22,747 bases of DNA from Pedosphaera sp. GTDB lineage: Bacteria; Verrucomicrobiota; Verrucomicrobiia; Limisphaerales; SIBH01. The stretch spans positions 1 to 22,747 of the forward strand of contig JANOQV010000271.1 in assembly GCA_031414955.1 (NCBI GenBank), written 5' to 3'. Numbering within the stretch: the first letter of the stretch is position 1; each line of letters opens with the position of its first letter. Positions 16,679-22,747 of the stretch are shown here, in pieces. The position numbers and the translations under genes are program-made. The notes beneath the pieces are model-generated. The model was given only the letters and a program-made list of their open reading frames with translations. It was not told the DNA's origin and did not search any database.

Positions 16679-19039
16679 CTACTTGGTGGAGGCGATCTTC
16701 TTCGCCGCGTCGCCCTTCTTCGGGGGCACCACGCGGATGACCGCGCCAGCGGCGAGGTTGTGGGGGATGACGTGCGCGTTGTGAATCACATCCGCGCTGC
16801 AAATGAAATTACGATACGAGCCGGGCGCGATGGACGCATCCACCTTCAGCGTGATCGTCACTTCCTTGTCAGTGCTGCTGATCTGCGCGTCCGAGGCGGT
16901 GATCTTTTCCGGCAGCCCGAGGACGTGAACCTTGGCCTTGCCCTCGAAGGGCTTCCGCTGGTCGAGCTTGCAGACCAGCTTCACTTCCTGGCCGGGCGAG
17001 ACAATGAGCGGAGCAATGCTGCCGACCACGAACGGCTCGGCCGTTTCCAGCGTGGCCAGCTGGGAGGACACAAACACGCTGCCGCCGGCTCCGCGTTCCC
17101 CACCGCCATTGCGCTCGAAGGAGCCGCTCGAAGCGATCATCGCGATCTTCCACTTGCGCGGCTCCACCTCGGCCTTGGCGTTGAGCTGGTAGATGGCGGA
17201 GTTCTGCCCCTTAAGGATTGTGACATCGGGCAGCGAACCGACGCCGGGAGGATTCCACATCATCTTCACGTTAATCGGCCCGTCGAACCCGGCGCGGCGC
17301 TCGGCGATGACTTTCAAATCCAGCGCACCGTAGGAAACCAGCGGCGCTTTCGGCTCCTCAATGCGGAGACTGAACGGCGCGGCCTCGGTCACCGCCACAT
17401 AAAGTTTCTCCTCATGGGTCGTGTAATAATAAGTGTTGTTCGGCCCCGCGATCATCTCCAAGTCGTGGCGGTACTTGGAATTGACCGGCTTGCTGCTGTC
17501 GGTGGGTTGGGCCGTGAGTTCCACGAACTTGCCCGTGATCGGCGCGTCTGAGGCGGCTTCAAACACCAGCGGTTCCTGCTCCTGCTTGCCGGGCAGCACA
17601 TCCGCGATCAGTTTCACACCCGAAGGAAGGTCCGCGATCTGAAAGTTCACATCGCCAGCGAAGTTCGCGCGCTTGGCCGACATCATGGTCGCGAAGCGTC
17701 CGCCGCGCGGCACGGTGATGAACTGCCGCGATTGCGAGTCATTGCGCGCCACCTGCGGAATGCTCATCACCACGGTGGGCTGTTGGGGAGAAATCTCGAT
17801 GCGATAGGTGAACTCCGCGCCGCCATTCTCGAACTGATCCCGGACGCGCAGCAAATATTCGCCATCCGCCGGAGGATTGAACTTGAGCGCGCTGTCCGCC
17901 CCGACCGCATCGTCGTTGCCGTCGATCCGGACGCCCTTCGCATCATAGATGTCCATCGCGGAATCGATAGGCGAGCGCAGCCGCCGCGCGTAAACCGCGA
18001 GGTCAAGCGCCTGGCCCTTCTTGGCGGTGAACCTGAACCAGTCCGCGTCGTTCTTCTTTTCGATGACGCCGTTGAGCGCGATGGGCAGCGAACCGTAATA
18101 GCCAGTGGCCGTTTCCTTGGTGTTGTTCGGCTCCGACTCCAGTTCGTTGCCGAAGGTGCTGACGCGAATCCAGTTGGGTGACGGAGCGATCTGACCGTCT
18201 TGTTCGGCCAATGCTCCAAACCGGCTGTCAGGCGCGGCGGGCAATTGGATCGGCTGGGCAAAATCCCCGCCAGCCGAGCCAATGAACTTGAACGAGACCT
18301 TCTCCCCTGCCTTGCCGCCCAGCGGAAACACCGAGGTCGGACGCGGAAAAGTGCCGACGTGCAGCCGGTAGGCCGAGTCGGTGCCACTGTAGGTGCCGTC
18401 ACGCATCTCGATATAGTAAGCACCGTCAGAGGGTGCGAGCACCGAGACGAATGCGTCCTGCATCAGCAGCGTGGTGTCGTCCACCGAGGCGAGCACCTTG
18501 CCGTTGCTGTCGCGAATGGCGAGAAAGGCGTCGAGCATGGCGCGGCCAAGACGAATCGCTTCCACTTCGGCGGAGATGCGCTGGCCCTTCTTGGCCTCGA
18601 CACGGAAAAAATCGGTATCATCGCCGCCCGCCGAACCATTCACGGTGACGCCGAGCGGAACCCAGTGCGCTTTGGCGGTGACGTTGTTTGTTTCCAATTC
18701 AGTGACGTTCGGATATGCGCCGATCCAGAAGGTGCGCAACTCGGACACACCGCCCGCCGTCCGCACGCGCACCTGGTGCTCGCCCAGTTCGCAGTCCTTC
18801 GCGATCTGGAGGGTGGCCTTGATCGAATTGGTCTTCACGGCATCAATCTTCACCACTTTGATCCCGGAACCGGTGAAGACGATTTCCGGCGATGCTTCAA
18901 GTCGAGATCCCGACAGGCTCACAGAAAGCTCCGTGCCGCGCTGGGCACCAGCGGGGGTCGTGGAGTTGAATCGCGGTGAAGCCGCGTGAGCGCCGACAGC
19001 CAGCGCCGCAAGCACAGTACCAACCAGCAGCGCCTTCAT
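16679..19039 (-). CDS. Secreted PPC (pre-peptidase C-terminal) repeat / beta-sandwich protein
   Basis: Start at ATG 19039 gives the signal peptide MKALLVGTVLAALAVGAHA. PAGAQRGT, ELETNN and ESEPNN, DFFRVEAKKGQ and DWFRFTAKKGQ repeats. No protease catalytic motif seen. Confidence 0.85.
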   Translation of the reverse strand: MKALLVGTVLAALAVGAHAASPRFNSTTPAGAQRGTELSVSLSGSRLEASPEIVFTGSGIKVVKIDAVKTNSIKATLQIAKDCELGEHQVRVRTAGGVSELRTFWIGAYPNVTELETNNVTAKAHWVPLGVTVNGSAGGDDTDFFRVEAKKGQRISAEVEAIRLGRAMLDAFLAIRDSNGKVLASVDDTTLLMQDAFVSVLAPSDGAYYIEMRDGTYSGTDSAYRLHVGTFPRPTSVFPLGGKAGEKVSFKFIGSAGGDFAQPIQLPAAPDSRFGALAEQDGQIAPSPNWIRVSTFGNELESEPNNTKETATGYYGSLPIALNGVIEKKNDADWFRFTAKKGQALDLAVYARRLRSPIDSAMDIYDAKGVRIDGNDDAVGADSALKFNPPADGEYLLRVRDQFENGGAEFTYRIEISPQQPTVVMSIPQVARNDSQSRQFITVPRGGRFATMMSAKRANFAGDVNFQIADLPSGVKLIADVLPGKQEQEPLVFEAASDAPITGKFVELTAQPTDSSKPVNSKYRHDLEMIAGPNNTYYYTTHEEKLYVAVTEAAPFSLRIEEPKAPLVSYGALDLKVIAERRAGFDGPINVKMMWNPPGVGSLPDVTILKGQNSAIYQLNAKAEVEPRKWKIAMIASSGSFERNGGGERGAGGSVFVSSQLATLETAEPFVVGSIAPLIVSPGQEVKLVCKLDQRKPFEGKAKVHVLGLPEKITASDAQISSTDKEVTITLKVDASIAPGSYRNFICSADVIHNAHVIPHNLAAGAVIRVVPPKKGDAAKKIASTK

Positions 19040-19043
19040 AAAA

Positions 19044-20375
19044 TTATGCCAGCAGTTCTTTGACGACGTTGCCGTCCTTGACGATGACGATCGGGCGCGG
19101 GCCGGGCGCATAGAGCACCTTGTTCGAGTCGATGCCGATCTGGTTGTACACCGTCGCGGCCAGGTCCGGCACGTAAAGAGGATCGGAATCCGGCTCGCCG
19201 CCCGTCGGGTCGGAGGAACCGTGGATGAGTCCGCGCTTCACGCCGCCACCCGCGAGGATGATGGAGAAGACTTTCGGATAATGGTCGCGGCCCGCCGTGG
19301 CGTTGATCTTCGGCGTGCGGCCGAACTCGCTGGTGACCATGACCAGCGTGCTGTCAAGCATCCCGCGTTGATCGAGGTCGCGGATGAGCGCGGCGAAAGC
19401 CTGATCGAAGCTCGGCATCTGGGCCGTCATCGCGGTCTTGATGTTGTCGTGATGATCCCAACCGCCGTAGGTGAGCGAGACGAAGCGCACGCCCGCCTCG
19501 ACGAGGCGCCGCGCGAGAATCATGCGCTGGCCCGCCGTGTTGCGACCGTACTGGTCGCGCAGGGAATCCTTCTCATCGCCAATGTTGAAGGCCGCGCGGG
19601 CCTTGTCCGAGGAGAGCAATGAGTAGGCCCGTTGATAAAACGAATCCATACCGTCGAGCGCGTCAGACTTCTCCAGCGAGCTGAAATGTTCGTCCACAGC
19701 AGCTCGGATGTCCTTGCGCTCGGTGAAGCGTTTCTCATCCACACCGGCCGGCAGGCTCAAGTCACGGACTTTGAAAGCGGTGTTTGCCGGATCGGAGCCG
19801 AGGCTGAACGGTCCGTAGGCCGAGCCGAGATAGCCCGTGCCCGCGAATGAGTTCGGCATGCTGGGGATGCAGACGTAGGGCGGAAGATCATTGCGAGGCC
19901 CAAGCTCGTGCGACACCACGCTGCCGAGACTGGGGAAATGAATGGCTGGGCTGGGGCGGTAGCCCGTGAACATGTTGTGCGTGCCGCGGTCGTGGTCGGC
20001 TTCGCCGTGCGTCATGGAGCGCACCACGGTGATCTTGTCGGCGATGCTCGCGGTCTGGGGCATCGACTCGGAGAAATGGACGCCGGGGATCTTGGTCTTC
20101 ACCGTGCCGAGCGGCCCGCGATACTCGATGGGCGCGAACATCTTCGGATCGAGCGTCTCCTGCGCGGCCATGCCACCCGGGAGGTAAATTTGAATGACTG
20201 ATTTCGCCGCGGCACCGCCAGTCGCAGCGCCTTTGGCCCCGGCGGCTTCGAGCTTGAAAAGGTTGCCCAACGTCAGCCCCATCGTCCCGAGAACGCCGAC
20301 CTGTAGGAATTCACGGCGACTGGGCCGCCCGAGGTGATCCACACCGTTGCACCAAGTTGGTTTCCATTTGCTCAT
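19044..20375 (-). CDS. DUF1501 family protein with Tat signal
   Basis: SRREFL twin-arginine motif, YLPGG..ETLDPK, VVRSM, LARRLVEAGVRFV, GGWDHH, SEFGRTP, GRDHYP, AGGGVKRG. SD-like AGAAAGG upstream. Confidence 0.92.
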   Translation of the reverse strand: MSKWKPTWCNGVDHLGRPSRREFLQVGVLGTMGLTLGNLFKLEAAGAKGAATGGAAAKSVIQIYLPGGMAAQETLDPKMFAPIEYRGPLGTVKTKIPGVHFSESMPQTASIADKITVVRSMTHGEADHDRGTHNMFTGYRPSPAIHFPSLGSVVSHELGPRNDLPPYVCIPSMPNSFAGTGYLGSAYGPFSLGSDPANTAFKVRDLSLPAGVDEKRFTERKDIRAAVDEHFSSLEKSDALDGMDSFYQRAYSLLSSDKARAAFNIGDEKDSLRDQYGRNTAGQRMILARRLVEAGVRFVSLTYGGWDHHDNIKTAMTAQMPSFDQAFAALIRDLDQRGMLDSTLVMVTSEFGRTPKINATAGRDHYPKVFSIILAGGGVKRGLIHGSSDPTGGEPDSDPLYVPDLAATVYNQIGIDSNKVLYAPGPRPIVIVKDGNVVKELLA

Positions 20376-20681
20376 AGTACGTGCCTTTCTGATCTGATTT
20401 TTGTCCGTGCTTTGCCGCCCAAACTCCCTTTTCGACGTCGCAAAGTAAAATCATTTCATTGTTTGTTGCCGCCATGTCACCACAAGCCGCAGTTCCTTAA
20501 CCACAGTGATCGCCGGGCGTATGGCAGGGTTAGCGGCAATCACTGCTGGACGCTCAAGAGGTGAACAGCGTCTTGACCAGCCAGCGCGCTTCCGGCGGAC
20601 GCGCACTTGCCTCAAGGCATTCGCGTTTTGTCATTCGATCTGCTACGATGCGCCCGCTCCGAACAAGGCTCTCGAATCGAC

Positions 20682-22544
20682 ATGAATGACAGTGTTCCAA
20701 GGACAGGAATCCGGCTCAAACTGTGGACGCTTCTGGTACTGGTGGCGACTGGGCCGTCCGTCCGGGCCGAGATCATCCCGGGGGATCGGCGTATTGCCTG
20801 GCTGGGAGCCGCCGGCCTCGTCGGAGGCATCCCGGATGTCACCACGGTTTACACCAACTTCGCTTCGCCCCCCACCTTGGCGGCGCTCGCTTCGGCGCTG
20901 GGAAGTTGCCCCAGCAATCAAGTGGTCAAGCTCGGAGTCTGGACGAATACATTTGGCTCGGACCTGGTCCTGAGCCGCAACGGGGTCGTCCTGCGCGGGA
21001 CCACCGATGCGCTGGGCCGGCCATTGACGAAGATCATCTTCTCCGGCGGACGCCTCATTCTGCGCGCTCCGGCCGTGAGCACAGCTTCCATGAGTGTGGA
21101 GGTCGATTTGAGCGCGGATGCGATCAAAGGCGCGACCAATCTCTCGATGGCGGCGGTGCCTTCGTGGGTAAAGCTTGGGGAACTGTTCATCCTTGATGAG
21201 TTGGATGACCCGGCCTTGATCAGCGGCGCGGGCCATGAATCCGGCCGGACCTACCGCGAGATCGAAGGCAACGGACCAAGGGGCAAAGCCCAACTGGTCA
21301 AAGTCAAAGCCAAGACTGCCACCACGGTTTCCCTGGAGTTGCCGGTCAACGAGACCTATCGCGTCAACCAGACGGCGCAGCTATCCGGTTCCGCCTATAA
21401 CACCGCCTCGGGGCAGACGAGTTTGAAGCGCGCCGGCTTCGAGGATCTGCGCATCGAGTTCACTTACACAAATGCGGCGGGCGAAGGCATCAAGATTGAG
21501 AACGGCGACAGTTGCTGGATGCGAAATGTGACCTCCTCGAATTGTCCAGGCACCTATCACCTCTGGAACGTCTTCAGCTACCGGTGTGAGATTCGGCATT
21601 GCGAATTTGGCTATGGGCAGCTTTACGACGGGGGGCACGGCTACGGGATCACCTTATACCACTACACCACCGCCAGCCTCTATGAAGACAACATCATCCG
21701 GCACACTCATGCCGGCATGACGGTGAATTACGGCAGCTCCGGCAACGTGTTTGGCTACAACTATATCGCGGACGGCTTCTCGACCTCGCATCAGGAACCG
21801 GCCATCTCCGCGCACGGCGTGAGCACCTGGCAGTGTTTGTTCGAAGGTAACTATTGCCACAACAAAGTGCTGTTCGACTACACCCACGGATCGGGCGGGA
21901 CACATCACACCCTGTTCCGCAACCGCATTCTCGGTCTGGCCACGGCCAGCGGCGACCAGGTGCCCATCAGCCTCGAGCGCTACAATCGCGGGCACAACAT
22001 CATCGGGAACATTCTCGGAGTGGCCGGCACGCAGACCGCTTATGCGCGAATGGCTCCGGCGGTTTGCAGCGGCGGCACGCCGATTTTTCGTCTGGGCTAC
22101 TTCAACAACTCCACTTGTGATGTGACCAACTACGACACTCCGCTGATCCAAGGCACGCTCATCCACGCCAACTATGACGTCGTTACCACCACAAACAATG
22201 GCATCGTCTGGGACGCCGCGACCCCGGACCGCACGTTACCCGACAGCTACTACCTGGCTGGGAAACCGGTCTGGTTTGGGAGTCTGAACTGGCCGCCATT
22301 CCGCCCGTCCAGTCCCGGCGCAGCCACCGTAACGAATATCCCCGCCGGCTACCGGGCCGTGTTCGGCAGCGACCCTCCGTTCATTTCTCTGGTCCGCTCG
22401 GGCCGCAACTCGGTGATCACTTGGTTCGGGGGAACTCTCCAACAATCGGATCGGGTCACGGGGCCTTTCACCAACGTCCCTGAAGCCACTTCTCCTTACA
22501 CCGCCACCGCCACGACCACGAATCAGTTCTTCCGAGCCAGGTGA
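20682..22544 (+). CDS. Secreted right-handed beta-helix (pectate lyase-like) protein with short C-terminal beta domain
   Basis: ATG 20682 gives a signal-like N-terminus ending SVRA. NGVVLRG, GFEDLRIE, CWMRNV, GGHGYGITL, LYEDNI, GNVFGYNY, LFEGN, LFRNR repeats. Confidence 0.75.
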   Translation: MNDSVPRTGIRLKLWTLLVLVATGPSVRAEIIPGDRRIAWLGAAGLVGGIPDVTTVYTNFASPPTLAALASALGSCPSNQVVKLGVWTNTFGSDLVLSRNGVVLRGTTDALGRPLTKIIFSGGRLILRAPAVSTASMSVEVDLSADAIKGATNLSMAAVPSWVKLGELFILDELDDPALISGAGHESGRTYREIEGNGPRGKAQLVKVKAKTATTVSLELPVNETYRVNQTAQLSGSAYNTASGQTSLKRAGFEDLRIEFTYTNAAGEGIKIENGDSCWMRNVTSSNCPGTYHLWNVFSYRCEIRHCEFGYGQLYDGGHGYGITLYHYTTASLYEDNIIRHTHAGMTVNYGSSGNVFGYNYIADGFSTSHQEPAISAHGVSTWQCLFEGNYCHNKVLFDYTHGSGGTHHTLFRNRILGLATASGDQVPISLERYNRGHNIIGNILGVAGTQTAYARMAPAVCSGGTPIFRLGYFNNSTCDVTNYDTPLIQGTLIHANYDVVTTTNNGIVWDAATPDRTLPDSYYLAGKPVWFGSLNWPPFRPSSPGAATVTNIPAGYRAVFGSDPPFISLVRSGRNSVITWFGGTLQQSDRVTGPFTNVPEATSPYTATATTTNQFFRAR

Positions 22545-22688
22545 TCAATCCTGAGCCCGAACCATTCCTTTGAAATAAATCTGGGTCTCGCGATGGCAGC
22601 GAAGGGAGCCCCCGGGTCTTTTCTACTGCATCGTTCCGGCTGAGAGCCATTCTGAAAAGTCGTTTGGGCAGCGAAGGCTGCTGGCCCC

Positions 22689-22714
22689 GGAGTGCGCCCG
22701 TCCCCGGGCGCAGC
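22689..22714 (+). repeat. GGAG-type REP-like palindrome
   Basis: ggag followed by the hairpin tgcgcccg-tccc-cgggcgca. A partner copy may lie beyond the window edge. Confidence 0.5.
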
Positions 22715-22747
22715 CTCGTGGCAAAGGCGGCCGGTGTGGTTTTCTCC

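Noticed and set aside
13915..16740. 941-aa plus-strand ORF, and similar long ORFs at 895-2535, 5531-6769, 7085-8806 and 10151-12502
   Set aside because: Antisense shadows of well-supported GC-rich genes, with no recognisable motifs.
16679..19039. Subtilase-type serine protease annotation for the PPC protein
   Set aside because: No D/H/S catalytic motifs were recognised, only PPC/beta-sandwich repeats.
20641..20649. Extended -10 element TGCTACGAT upstream of the beta-helix gene
   Set aside because: Plausible, but there is no supporting -35 and it is too short to call.
22602..22624. Intrinsic terminator after the beta-helix gene
   Set aside because: The stem is imperfect and relies on G-U pairs, and the U-tract is short.

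Overview
GC-rich bacterial chromosomal window, probably Verrucomicrobiota (Pedosphaerales-like). This is inferred from gene content: the DUF1501/PPC/DUF1549-DUF1553/cytochrome-WD40 operon, a TM-anchored ECF sigma factor and a PilD with a large insertion. Left to right it holds the 3' end of a MacA/MacB-type ABC exporter operon (+), followed by a long minus-strand block. That block contains a decayed small gene, an ECF sigma factor with a membrane-anchored C-terminal extension, a compact stack of intact and truncated toxin-antitoxin modules, a 1072-aa secreted PQQ-dehydrogenase/diheme cytochrome fusion, pilD, aroE and the four-gene DUF1501 operon interrupted by a PIN toxin pair. The window ends with a divergent secreted beta-helix-type protein (+). 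Intergenic spaces carry REP-like palindromes and inverted heptamer repeats. The most notable observations are: (1) the TA stack, where each older module is cut off where the next module's leaderless promoter begins; (2) a repeated promoter-like motif tying the ECF to its neighbour; (3) a shared C-terminal domain plus Thr-Asn enrichment in the two large secreted proteins; (4) a Zn-ribbon/TM anchor on the DUF1549 protein. All family assignments come from motif recognition by eye, not database searches.
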